A stretch of 64,000 nt of DNA from Candidatus Xenobia bacterium (GTDB lineage: Bacteria > Vulcanimicrobiota > Xenobia > Xenobiales > QWHO01), in NCBI GenBank assembly GCA_045863235.1, contig BTUM01000019.1:18691-82690 (forward strand), given 5' to 3'. Positions within the stretch are counted from its first letter, which is position 1. Each line of letters starts with the position of its first letter. The notes beneath the pieces are model-generated. The model was given only the letters and a program-made list of their open reading frames with translations. It was not told the DNA's origin and made no database searches. This document shows positions 36,344-45,416 of the stretch, piece after piece. A program made the translations under genes and the position numbers.

Positions 36344-36857
36344 CCGGGAGCCGCTGCGGAAACGAGCGGTGCAACAGGGCGATCACCCCGATTGGAGTCA
36401 TGCGGTGATAGACCCGGTTGACGGGCAGAATCCGCACGTTGGGTCCGCGCTTGCAGTGGTCCATGCAGCCCACCGGCTCGATGACGATCTGATCACCCTG
36501 AGGATGGCGTGAGAGAGCGTCCTGAAGGGCTGCTTTCAGCTCGCGAGCTCCACCCTGACAACAGTTCTTGTGCATGCAGATCTGGATCTTGCCGATCCGC
36601 CCGGTCTCAGGGACGTTCAAAGCTCCTTCGACCAGTGGGATGATCAGACGGGCAACCAGTTGCCCTGCTGTCTCGTCGACAAAGATGCGGACTCGCCGCC
36701 CTTTGGTCAACCCGGGCTCAAAACTCTGGTGCAGGCCCGGGGGGAGTTGAATGCGTTCCACGACGGTCATGGTCTTGAGCCAGAAACTGGCTGGCTCTTC
36801 CTCGTTCAAAGCGGGACAGAAGCCGAGGATGCTTCCTTCTAGGATCGTTTGTGACAT
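36312..36857 (-). CDS. Thioredoxin-like [2Fe-2S] ferredoxin domain protein
   Basis: Cys motif CMHKNCC ... CMDHCKRGPNV of NuoE/Trx-like 2Fe-2S ferredoxins. Carries an N-terminal extension. The true start may be internal. Confidence 0.55.
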   Translation of the reverse strand: MSQTILEGSILGFCPALNEEEPASFWLKTMTVVERIQLPPGLHQSFEPGLTKGRRVRIFVDETAGQLVARLIIPLVEGALNVPETGRIGKIQICMHKNCCQGGARELKAALQDALSRHPQGDQIVIEPVGCMDHCKRGPNVRILPVNRVYHRMTPIGVIALLHRSFPQRLPVTDWLSWSAS

Positions 36858-36948
36858 CAGTTGGGTTAGGTTAGAAAATCCTTCTCCTTAGGTTCACCTA
36901 AATTCCTACCACAGAGGTCGTGTTCTGTCCAGAGGCGAAGGCCGACCG

Positions 36949-37674
36949 GTGATCGATATCGAGCGCGCAAGCAAGTCCTATCAAGGACGCGAGGCGCTGC
37001 ATCCTATCTCCCTCACGGTCCCGGCCGAGCGGAGCCTGGCCTTGATCGGGCCCAGTGGCTGCGGCAAGAGCACCCTGATGCGACTGGTGGTAGGGCTGAT
37101 CCGCCCCGACAGTGGGCAGATCAGCGTGGACGGCATCCCCATGACTCCGAGCACAGCCCGGGAGTTACGTCTGCGGATGGGCTACGTGATTCAGGACGGG
37201 GGGCTCTTTCCCCATCTCACCGTGGCTCACAACGTCACCCTGATGGCCCGCCAGTTACGCTGGGAGAAGGCGCGGATTCAGGAGCGACTGAGCCATCTGG
37301 CAGAACTTGTGCAGCTGCCCCCCGACCTGCTCGGACGCTACCCCGCCCAGTTGAGCGGCGGCCAACGCCAGCGGGTGGGCATCATGCGAGCCCTGATGCT
37401 CGATCCGAAGGTGATTTTGCTGGACGAGCCGATGGGGGCTCTCGACCCCATCGTGCGCAGCCATCTGCAAGAGGACCTCAAGCGCATCTTCCGGGACCTC
37501 AAGAAGACCGTTTTGATGGTGACACACGACATGGGCGAGGCCGCTTACCTGGGCGACGAGATCGCCCTGATGCGCGACGGTGCGATCGTCCAAAAAGGCC
37601 CCCTGGACGACCTGCGCCAGCGTCCCGCTGACGCCTTCGTCAGCGACTTCCTCAAGGCCCAGAGGGTGCAGTGA
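36949..37674 (+). CDS. Osmoprotectant-type ABC transporter ATP-binding protein (OpuCA/ProV-like, short form)
   Basis: Walker A GPSGCGKST, signature LSGGQRQR, Walker B LLDEPMGALD. Confidence 0.85.
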   Translation: MIDIERASKSYQGREALHPISLTVPAERSLALIGPSGCGKSTLMRLVVGLIRPDSGQISVDGIPMTPSTARELRLRMGYVIQDGGLFPHLTVAHNVTLMARQLRWEKARIQERLSHLAELVQLPPDLLGRYPAQLSGGQRQRVGIMRALMLDPKVILLDEPMGALDPIVRSHLQEDLKRIFRDLKKTVLMVTHDMGEAAYLGDEIALMRDGAIVQKGPLDDLRQRPADAFVSDFLKAQRVQ

Positions 37675-39161
37675 GACACTGGCTCTTGTTGTTGATCGCC
37701 CTGCTCAGCTTGCCCGTCTGGGCCGACCCGCCCGTCAAGATCAGGATCGGCTCGAAGGCATTCCCAGAGTCCTGGATCCTGGGCGACGCGCTGACCATCC
37801 TGGCCCGCGAAGCCGGTGCCGACGTGGTGCACCAGGACAATATGGGAGCCACCCAGATCGTTTACGAAGCTCTGCGCCAGGGCAAGATCGACGTCTATCC
37901 AGAGTATACCGGCACGATCTCGGAGGTCTTCCTCAAGGATCTGCCCCACCCGACCACCGGGGTCATGCTCGACGCTTTGGCCCGGGACCGCATCGGGATG
38001 AGCTATCCGCTGGGTTTCAACGATTCTTACGGAATCGCCGTGCGACGCGAAGTCCATGACAAGCTGGGAGTGGTGACCCTCAGCGATCTGGCCCGTCACC
38101 CCGAGCTGATCCTCGGCCTTACGCCCGAATTCGTAGGTCGCAAGGATGGCTGGGCCCCCCTTCAGGCAGCCTACGACCTCAGACCTCAGCAACTCAAGCA
38201 GATGCAGCACGAGCTGGGCTACCAGGCACTCTCAGCTGGCAAGCTGGACGCGGTGGACGTCTACACCACCGACGCCCAGATCGCTCGCCTCAACCTGGTG
38301 GTATTGCAGGACGACAAGCAGTTTTTTCCACGTTACGATGCGGTGCTACTCTACCGCGCCGACCTGCCTCGCAGGGCCCCGGACGCCTGGGGGGCCATGC
38401 TGCGCCTGATGGGGCAGATCAACGAAGAGCAGATGATCGCCGCCAACGCCCGAGTGGTGCTGGAGAACCAGACGTCGCAAGAGTCTGCCCGCATCCTGCT
38501 CAAGGAGTGCCTGGGGCAGGAGAGCGCGCCCCTGATCGCCGTGCGGGGCTGGGACTGGAGCTCCATCGGGACCAATACCCTGCAGCACCTCTACCTGGTC
38601 GCCGCCAGCCTGCTGGTGGCCATCGCCATCGGGATCCCCCTGGGAGTGCTGGCCTCTCGCTCACCGCTGCTGGCTTCCATGACCCTGACGGGTACCGGGC
38701 TGCTGCAAACCATCCCGTCGCTGGCCCTGCTCGCGTTCCTGGTACCGATCATGGGCGTGGGCCTGTGGGCCGCCCTGACAGCTCTGTTTCTTTACAGCTT
38801 GCTCCCCATCGTCCGCAACACCTATACCGGCCTGACGACCATCCCGGGAAATCTGGCCGAAGCCGCCGAGGCCATCGGGCTGACACCCCTGTCCCAGTTG
38901 CTGGTCGTCCGACTGCCCATGGCCTCTCCCTCCATCCTGGCAGGCATCAAAACCAGCGCCGTGATCAACGTGGGCACGGCGACCCTGGCCGCCCTGGTGG
39001 GAGCCGGGGGCCTGGGTCAACCGATCCTGCAGGGCATCGCCCTGATCGATACGCCGATGATCCTGCAAGGGGCCATTCCGGCCGCTCTGCTCGCCCTGGC
39101 GGTTCAGGGCGGCTTCGACCTGCTGGAACGATTCGTCGTGCCGCGGGGTTTACGGCTTTGA
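37671..39161 (+). CDS. Fused substrate-binding / permease protein of glycine betaine-choline type ABC transporter
   Basis: Signal peptide, then an OpuBC/ProX-like binding domain of about 290 aa, then a 6-TM ABC permease domain with an EAA-like loop (EAAEAIGLTP). Confidence 0.8.
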   Translation: MRHWLLLLIALLSLPVWADPPVKIRIGSKAFPESWILGDALTILAREAGADVVHQDNMGATQIVYEALRQGKIDVYPEYTGTISEVFLKDLPHPTTGVMLDALARDRIGMSYPLGFNDSYGIAVRREVHDKLGVVTLSDLARHPELILGLTPEFVGRKDGWAPLQAAYDLRPQQLKQMQHELGYQALSAGKLDAVDVYTTDAQIARLNLVVLQDDKQFFPRYDAVLLYRADLPRRAPDAWGAMLRLMGQINEEQMIAANARVVLENQTSQESARILLKECLGQESAPLIAVRGWDWSSIGTNTLQHLYLVAASLLVAIAIGIPLGVLASRSPLLASMTLTGTGLLQTIPSLALLAFLVPIMGVGLWAALTALFLYSLLPIVRNTYTGLTTIPGNLAEAAEAIGLTPLSQLLVVRLPMASPSILAGIKTSAVINVGTATLAALVGAGGLGQPILQGIALIDTPMILQGAIPAALLALAVQGGFDLLERFVVPRGLRL

Positions 39162-39165
39162 TTCC

Positions 39166-39221
39166 CTAGCAGAGTGATGCAAGAGTTCCTCGAAAGGGCT
39201 TTTGCATCAGCCTGCTACGCG
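39166..39221. repeat. Conserved convergent-junction hairpin element, copy A (putative bidirectional terminator / REP-like)
   Basis: 16-bp inverted arms (tagcagagtgatgcaa / ttgcatcagcctgcta) around an 18-nt loop. Shares about 30 of 35 bp with the 60.1-kb copy. Ends at the TAG stop of the minus-strand gene. Confidence 0.6.
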
Positions 39222-39934
39222 TAAGCGGTCGACTTGGCCGCGTTGTAAGTAGCCCAGTGGCTACCCTGGCCGTTGGCGATGGCCCAGGCGCACACCAGAG
39301 CCTGCTGGCGCCAGTCCATCCAGTTGAGCTCACCCAGGCCTTCCCAGGCCTTCGGGTTGGCGGCCTTCGCCTTGGGAGCCATGCTCTTGAAAGTCGGCTC
39401 GATGAACTGGAACATCCCCTTGGAGGGGGTTCCCTTCTTGGCGTTGGAGTCCCAGTTGTTGACCGCGTCAGCCTTGAAGTTAGACTCGCGGCGCGCGATC
39501 TCTTTGAGGACTTTGGGATCGGCCCCGTAAGCCGCGGCGGCACTCTGAATGAAACTGTCGATCTCGCCCTGGTCCTTGGGCTGGGCTGAGGCGTTGGCGC
39601 TGCTGGCCCCCGAGCTGCCAGTGCTGGCCCCCGAGCTACCGCTGCTGCTGCTGCTGCTGCCGGTGCTGCCCCCCGACGACCCCACCGGAGAGTTGCCACC
39701 AGCGCTGGCCAAACCCTTAGCCAGCTGGGCCATCTGCTGATTGGACTGGCCCACCATTAATTGAGCCAGCAATTGGAGCATGCTCGATTGCATAGCCATC
39801 ATCTCATAGTTGAAGCCGAGCAGGCTGCTGCCTCCCAGGGCTCGCGCGCTGGCCAGGCCAAGGTTGCCTAATGCGCCGGTCCCGGGAAGGCCAAGGTTCT
39901 GAGTCAGGGGACTAAGTGCGGAAATTGCGTCCAT
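39215..39934 (-). CDS. Lytic transglycosylase (SLT) domain protein with Ser/Gly-rich linker
   Basis: C-terminal ESNFKADAV..SNAKKGTPSKGMFQF SLT motif, which matches the ES..A.S.GA.GLMQ pattern. A central poly-Ser/Gly tract is encoded by a (GCT)n run. Confidence 0.65.
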   Translation of the reverse strand: MDAISALSPLTQNLGLPGTGALGNLGLASARALGGSSLLGFNYEMMAMQSSMLQLLAQLMVGQSNQQMAQLAKGLASAGGNSPVGSSGGSTGSSSSSSGSSGASTGSSGASSANASAQPKDQGEIDSFIQSAAAAYGADPKVLKEIARRESNFKADAVNNWDSNAKKGTPSKGMFQFIEPTFKSMAPKAKAANPKAWEGLGELNWMDWRQQALVCAWAIANGQGSHWATYNAAKSTAYA

Positions 39935-40029
39935 CGTTCATCCTCCTGCTCTCAGATTAGCCAGTGGGCGACAGAAGGAGCAGTCAGCAAAAATGAACTT
40001 CGTGTAACAGCTGTGTCCTGGGAGTGAAC

Positions 40030-42096
40030 TTATTGCTTGGGTCCCAGCTCAACCAGCAGCGCTTGCGCCCCATACAGCCTGTCCAGTGCCTCCAGCACGG
40101 CCTTGGAATGGACGGCGATGTGGCGCGCCTGCTGGTCGGTATAAACGAAGTTGCGCACCAACCCGTAGCGGTTCCGGTCAAAGTTGATCCCCACCAGCTG
40201 GCCGGCCCGGTTGATGACCGGACTGCCCGAATTGCCCCCGATGGTGTCAGCCGTGGAAACGAAGTCGAAGGGGGTTTGCAGGTTCAAGCGAGCCTTGCCC
40301 TCCAGCCAGCGGACTGGCAGTTGGAAGGGAGCCGCGTTATGATGTTCGGCAGCCAGTTGGAAGGCCTCGCCGAAGGTCGTGAACCAGGGAACCTCCTTGC
40401 CTCCAACCTGATAGCCCCCCACGCGACCGTAAGCCAACCGCAAGGAAAAGGTGGCGTCGGGGGCCATGGTGGGACCATCGAGGGTGAACATCCCCCGGGC
40501 GATCTGGGCGTAGGCACGCCGCTCAGGCTCTTCGACCTCGCTCTCCATGCGCTTGCGCAGGGCGCGGGAACGCCCATCCACGGCCAGTGCCAGCTGGATC
40601 ATGGCATCCTTCTCCCGGGCCAGGGAATCCGCGTCCAGACCGGCCAATCGCTTGCGCTCGGCCACTTCGAAAAGACGCGTCCCGGCAACCAGCTCGGCCG
40701 CCCGAAGCTCGGGCGAGAGAGGACCCAGAGCCTGGCGTAGAGTGGGCTCCTCGCCGCCCAGCACCTCGGCCGCGAAAGTCAGCGAGTCGGCCAACCGGAC
40801 CCTCTCCAGGTCGGGCTCGATCGGTGCCGGTGAAAACAGGGTCAATTCGAGTGACTCCAGCGCCGTGTCCCGGTATTCGCGCAACCGCTGGTCGCTGGGT
40901 AGCGGACGCTCGGCAGCCAGACGCACCAGATGACGTGCGATGGCAAACAGCTCCGAGTCGAAGGCGTTGGCCTGCTCGAAGAGGGAATGCTCGCGCTCGA
41001 AGGAGGTCAAAGCCTTCTGGCTGCGCGCAATCTCCTGAAAGGCCAGATTGGCCTCCGGCAGCTGGCGCTGGAAGCGCTCTTGCAGGCTCTTCTGAGCCGC
41101 CCGTTTGGCGGCCATGATGTTGTCGTTCAGGAGGCCCTGGAACTGGCCGGCGTAGGCTTTGCGAGCATTGGCGACGCTGTAGAGCTCTCCCTGAGCCTGG
41201 CGAGCCTGCTCGGGACCAAGCTGGGCATACTGAAGCAGGTTGGCCTCGGCATGACGGACCCGGGCCAGCCGGTAAGGCAGCGTCAGGTCGCGCAGGTGCT
41301 CGAGTCGCTCGACGGTATCCAGGCGGTTGGTGCGGCCGGGATTACCGACCACGAAGACCAGCTCGCCGGCCTGGGGCCCGGCCGGGTTGAAGGGTAGAAA
41401 ATCGGGCGTAACAGCCGGCTTGCCGTTCTCGTAGACGCGAAAGAAGCACACGTCGAAGTTGTAGCGCGGATACTCGAAATTGTGGGCATCTCCCCCGAAG
41501 AAAGCGATGGCTTGCTCCGGAGCCATCACCAGCCGCACATCGGTGTACTTCTTGAAGCGGTAAAGGTGATAAGCGCCGCCCTGATAGAGGGTGATGATGT
41601 CGCTGCGCAGGCCGGTCCGGTCGGCCGACTCCTTCTCAATTGCGGCCATGGCTGCGCTGCGCGCCCCGGCCGCCTGGTCGGGGGGTATGCCTGGCTTGAC
41701 GGCGGCCTCCACGCGCTCGGTCACGTCCTCGATCTCCAGCAAAACGTTGAGCTCGAGGTCGGCGCAGGGCAACTCTTCGGCCCGCGTCCGGGCCAGATAA
41801 CCCTGCTGCACCAGGTCTCGCTGGGGGGTGCTGAGCTTCTGGAGAGCATCGGCCCCGATGTGATGATTTGTGACCACCAGGCCCTCGGGACTCACGAACG
41901 AGCCCGAGCCTCCGTTGTTGAAGCGAACCGCCGCCCGCATCACCCGCTGCAGCCAGGCATCGGTCAGCTCGAAACCATAGTCGCGCTTGATCCGCTCTTT
42001 AGGAGGAGCGTTCAGCAGCCACATGCCCTCGTCGGCCTGGCCAGGGGCCGTTAGTGCCAGAGTCAGGCTCAGCAGAGCGCCCAGCAAGACCTTCAT
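40030..42096 (-). CDS. S46 family dipeptidyl-peptidase (DPP7/DPP11-like)
   Basis: Signal peptide followed by DEGMWLLN, VTNHHIGA (His), and serine-protease D/S motifs. 688 aa. Confidence 0.85.
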   Translation of the reverse strand: MKVLLGALLSLTLALTAPGQADEGMWLLNAPPKERIKRDYGFELTDAWLQRVMRAAVRFNNGGSGSFVSPEGLVVTNHHIGADALQKLSTPQRDLVQQGYLARTRAEELPCADLELNVLLEIEDVTERVEAAVKPGIPPDQAAGARSAAMAAIEKESADRTGLRSDIITLYQGGAYHLYRFKKYTDVRLVMAPEQAIAFFGGDAHNFEYPRYNFDVCFFRVYENGKPAVTPDFLPFNPAGPQAGELVFVVGNPGRTNRLDTVERLEHLRDLTLPYRLARVRHAEANLLQYAQLGPEQARQAQGELYSVANARKAYAGQFQGLLNDNIMAAKRAAQKSLQERFQRQLPEANLAFQEIARSQKALTSFEREHSLFEQANAFDSELFAIARHLVRLAAERPLPSDQRLREYRDTALESLELTLFSPAPIEPDLERVRLADSLTFAAEVLGGEEPTLRQALGPLSPELRAAELVAGTRLFEVAERKRLAGLDADSLAREKDAMIQLALAVDGRSRALRKRMESEVEEPERRAYAQIARGMFTLDGPTMAPDATFSLRLAYGRVGGYQVGGKEVPWFTTFGEAFQLAAEHHNAAPFQLPVRWLEGKARLNLQTPFDFVSTADTIGGNSGSPVINRAGQLVGINFDRNRYGLVRNFVYTDQQARHIAVHSKAVLEALDRLYGAQALLVELGPKQ

Positions 42097-43001
42097 CGCA
42101 AGCTATCCTTTCGGGTGAGTCGGGCGACTCCGGGAGCGGGCCGCTCGGTCAGCACTTCACGGCGGAACCGAAACAGCTCGGCCGGGCGACCGCGCGTTCG
42201 AGTGCTGGCACCGGTCCCCTCGACCAACCCGGCATTCTCCACCAGACGCCGAAAGTTCTGCTTGTGCAGCCGCACTCCCGCCAGAGCCTCCACGGCGCTC
42301 TGAAGCTGGAAGAGGGTGAAGACCTCCGGCAAGAGCTCGAAGATCACCGGACGATATTTGATCTTGCCCCGGATCCGCCCCAACGCGGTTGCCAGCATGC
42401 GGCGATGATCGACGGCCATAGCCTGACCAAGCCGCTGCATCGGCTCGGCTGCCTCGGCCACCAACCGGGCCTCGTACAGGAGCTCGTATCGCTCCAGGAC
42501 GCGCTCCTCGTCCCAGGCCGCCCCGCTCAAACCGAAAGCGATCAGGGCTCGCTCGCGACGAGCGGGCTGGCCATGCGACCACTCCCGCATCGAAAGCTCG
42601 ATCTCCTGGAGGATCTGCGGCCGACCCTGGCGCCAGTCTTCCCAGGGCAGGAAGCCGTAGACCGCGGCCCAGTGAGCCGAGAAGGCCGGGGCCACGGCCA
42701 TCTCTCGCACCAGCGCCAGATACGCTACCGCCAGCGAGCGCTCACCCGTTTCCCGCTCGCGCGGATCGCGAAAGCGGTCGGCGAAGGTATAAAGTTGCTC
42801 GACGTAGCCCACCTCTAAACCCGCCCGGGCAAGTACCCAGCGACGCAGAGCGCGTTCCAGGGTTGTGTCGCCGGTCGGGTCAAGAGAGCCGAAAGGAAGC
42901 GCTTCGACCGATTCCAGGTCGCGCACGGTCAGCACACGCGGCTGCTCGCCAGTCACCGCCAGGATCACGGCCGTCAGACCTACGTCGATACGATCGGTCA
43001 C
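42093..43001 (-). CDS. NrtR-like Nudix-related transcriptional regulator
   Basis: N-terminal Nudix fold and a C-terminal winged-helix region (KQNFRRLVENAGLVE..RGRPAELFRF) typical of NrtR. Confidence 0.65.
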   Translation of the reverse strand: MTDRIDVGLTAVILAVTGEQPRVLTVRDLESVEALPFGSLDPTGDTTLERALRRWVLARAGLEVGYVEQLYTFADRFRDPRERETGERSLAVAYLALVREMAVAPAFSAHWAAVYGFLPWEDWRQGRPQILQEIELSMREWSHGQPARRERALIAFGLSGAAWDEERVLERYELLYEARLVAEAAEPMQRLGQAMAVDHRRMLATALGRIRGKIKYRPVIFELLPEVFTLFQLQSAVEALAGVRLHKQNFRRLVENAGLVEGTGASTRTRGRPAELFRFRREVLTERPAPGVARLTRKDSLR

Positions 43002-43007
43002 GATGGA

Positions 43008-43757
43008 TCAGGGAGCTGACTCGATCGGCACCGTCTCAATGTCTACCCGGTTGGTCTTCTCATCATACTGCACTTTGACGGTATATTCGTGGTTACCGGG
43101 CTTGAGGGGTACCGTGACCTCGACCTTGTTCAGCCGGCTGCCGGTCGTCAGGCGCTGAATCTTGCCGTTGTTGTTGATCACCATCGTGTTAAGAAAGTCA
43201 GGGCCGACGCCGGTGTAGAGATACGGTTCCCCCCAGGCGGCTCCATGAGTTCCCTCGTAACGATCGGGCCGGATGCGGAGCTGCAACAACTGCATTTTGG
43301 CGACGGACACTCGAACCAGTTCGGGAGTCTCACCAGAGCGGATGGTGTCGCTGGTATACAGGCAGCTACCGTCCGCCCAGACTTCGAAGACCGCCGCCCT
43401 GCCCTCGGGCGTGCCGGTGACGTAACCAACTCTGGCCTCGAAGGCGTCAAACTTGCCATCGAGCTTGTAGGTCATAACGGAATCGTGAGCCCCTCCGAGA
43501 CCCTGGATGGAACCAGCCACGCTCTCGTCGCCCTTTCCCATCTTCACGCGGTTATAATCCCAGACCGCATTCTCGAAGGCCTCGCGGGGCATGTGCACGA
43601 CCGGTGTCTTAGAAAGCTCGGCCCGAGCTGAACCGGCGCCCAGCGCCAGGACCAGGGCCAGGCCGAGCAAGAAGTGCTTGAGCATAAAGAACCCTCCCAG
43701 TTGAAGAACCGCCGGTCTCGAAGTTAGCGACGACAGGAGCGGTCTAAAAATTCTCAA
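43008..43757 (-). CDS. Secreted NPCBM-like beta-sandwich domain protein
   Basis: Signal peptide (probable start at the internal MLKHFLLGLALVLALGAGSARA). Central region resembles NPCBM carbohydrate-binding modules. Confidence 0.45.
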   Translation of the reverse strand: MRIFRPLLSSLTSRPAVLQLGGFFMLKHFLLGLALVLALGAGSARAELSKTPVVHMPREAFENAVWDYNRVKMGKGDESVAGSIQGLGGAHDSVMTYKLDGKFDAFEARVGYVTGTPEGRAAVFEVWADGSCLYTSDTIRSGETPELVRVSVAKMQLLQLRIRPDRYEGTHGAAWGEPYLYTGVGPDFLNTMVINNNGKIQRLTTGSRLNKVEVTVPLKPGNHEYTVKVQYDEKTNRVDIETVPIESAP

Positions 43758-43928
43758 CCGGTCGAACCTGTCACGCGGCCACTCGGCCGGCGCCCCGAGG
43801 TCAAAACTGTTGAGCGTTAAGTGATGAAGGCTCTGCCCATCCTTCGGGCGCCTCCAAACAAATCCAGCGGTGCAGGCTTCTGCAAGACCTCATCACTTCA
43901 CTTCAGTTCTTGGACTTGAGAGCGATTC

Positions 43929-45263
43929 CTATCGCTTCTTGGAGCGAGTCTGCCACTGCATGACCTCGCGCCCCTGCCGCCTCAGCTGCTCGTAACCCTC
44001 GGTGTCGCTACGGCGCCACACCCGGGAAAGATCATCGAGCAACCGCGCCAGGAAGGTGCGGTCGACCTGGGGAGTGTCGCTGCCCCCCGATTGGCGCCAC
44101 AGGGTCGTACGGGGTCCCTCTCCAGTCTGCTCGGAGTAAACGCCGTTGCGCCCTCGCTCGATGGAAGCCTCCACCCGCTCGTCGCGCTCGGGGGCGAGGC
44201 GCAGAAAGGCCGGCAGCGAGCGGTCCGGCTGCCTGGCGAGAAGATACAGCCCCATGCGAGCCCGAGTGGCCAGACCGTCCTCCCCCAGCGCCAGCGCCAG
44301 ACCCAGACCCGAGAGGTAGTGCTGGCGGGCGGCCGTACTCAACTCGGGTCCCAGCGAGCGGGATGTCTCGGCCTGGTGCAGATGGTAGCGAGCCAGGCCC
44401 AGACCGTAATCGTGCTCTCGCTTTAGCCGCAGGGCCCGCTCGAGAAAGGCCGAGGCTTCGTCGAACAGAGCGCTGCGTGTCTCGATGCTGGGCCCGTCGA
44501 ACTCGTCCAACTCGCTTTCTTGGGCCCTCCGCAGGGCCATCCAGCCCAATCGGTAGAGAATATCCGATTCTTGCTTACGGTTGTTCATTCGCCGGTAGCC
44601 CTCGGAGGCATAGCGATACCATTCGCGAGCCTGCTCGTTGGCGTGCCGGGTCTCGTAGGAATTGGCCAGCTGCAAGGTGACATGCGTCTCCAGCTCGAGG
44701 TGGCCGCGTCCCCCTTCATCGAGGGCTTTCTGGCAGGTTCGAATGGAGTCGGCCACCCGTCCCAGGTCGTAGAGCACGCTGGCCGTGTTGAACAGGGCGG
44801 CGGCTCGATTGTAAGAATGCTCCAGCCTTTCGTAGCGGGAGGCAGCATTGCGAAACAGACGCAAAGCCTCGGTCTTCTTGCCCTGCCGATCGAGCAGGAT
44901 TCCCAGTTCCATGCAGAGTTCGGCGGCGCGCAGGGGCTTGAGACGACTGCGGCGATACTGCTCGAACAGCCTGCGCATCGCCAGAATGGCTTCTTCCTGA
45001 AGCCCCTCGGCTTCCAACCAACGAATGCGCTTTCGCTCCAACCGATAGAGCAGCTCGGCCTGCTCGGAGACGACTTCCTCAGCCAGCATCAGCCAGCGCC
45101 GAGCGGCCGTACGGTGGCCCTGGGCCATCAGCACGTCCACGTGGGCCAGCGCCTGCTCCAAGAGCTGCGTCTTCGCCTCGGGGGTGAGGTCTTGTGCGAT
45201 TTCCCGGCGGCGCTCCGCCTCCATCGGGATCAGGTCCCGCCACTGAAGGTCGTCCCTCGTCAT
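43929..45263 (-). CDS. TPR repeat protein
   Basis: 444 aa. Multiple 34-residue helical repeats with W/L/G/Y/A/F/A/P periodicity. Confidence 0.65.
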   Translation of the reverse strand: MTRDDLQWRDLIPMEAERRREIAQDLTPEAKTQLLEQALAHVDVLMAQGHRTAARRWLMLAEEVVSEQAELLYRLERKRIRWLEAEGLQEEAILAMRRLFEQYRRSRLKPLRAAELCMELGILLDRQGKKTEALRLFRNAASRYERLEHSYNRAAALFNTASVLYDLGRVADSIRTCQKALDEGGRGHLELETHVTLQLANSYETRHANEQAREWYRYASEGYRRMNNRKQESDILYRLGWMALRRAQESELDEFDGPSIETRSALFDEASAFLERALRLKREHDYGLGLARYHLHQAETSRSLGPELSTAARQHYLSGLGLALALGEDGLATRARMGLYLLARQPDRSLPAFLRLAPERDERVEASIERGRNGVYSEQTGEGPRTTLWRQSGGSDTPQVDRTFLARLLDDLSRVWRRSDTEGYEQLRRQGREVMQWQTRSKKR

Positions 45264-45416
45264 ACCTTCCCCTCGGGAGAGCTTTCACGGGGCAGGTGGC
45301 CCTGACCCGCTCTCCATTATAGCACAGGTGTCATCCGGCAGGAGAAGCACCGGTTGAAAAGAACTCGTGGCAGATTTTTTCGCCCTTTTCGTGTATGCCT
45401 CAAGGAGAATGATACG

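Noticed and set aside
43881-43920. 12-mer cacttcacttca shared between 43.9 kb and 52.09 kb, both just upstream of minus-strand gene starts
   Set aside because: Shared 12-mers are expected hundreds of times by chance in 64 kb on two strands. No extended similarity surrounds the match.
43758-43928. 170-bp intergenic region with small hairpins (gagcgattcctatcgcttc), examined for tRNA, riboswitch or sRNA
   Set aside because: No cloverleaf or known riboswitch consensus could be recognised by eye. It probably holds only promoter/5'-UTR sequence for the NPCBM-like gene.
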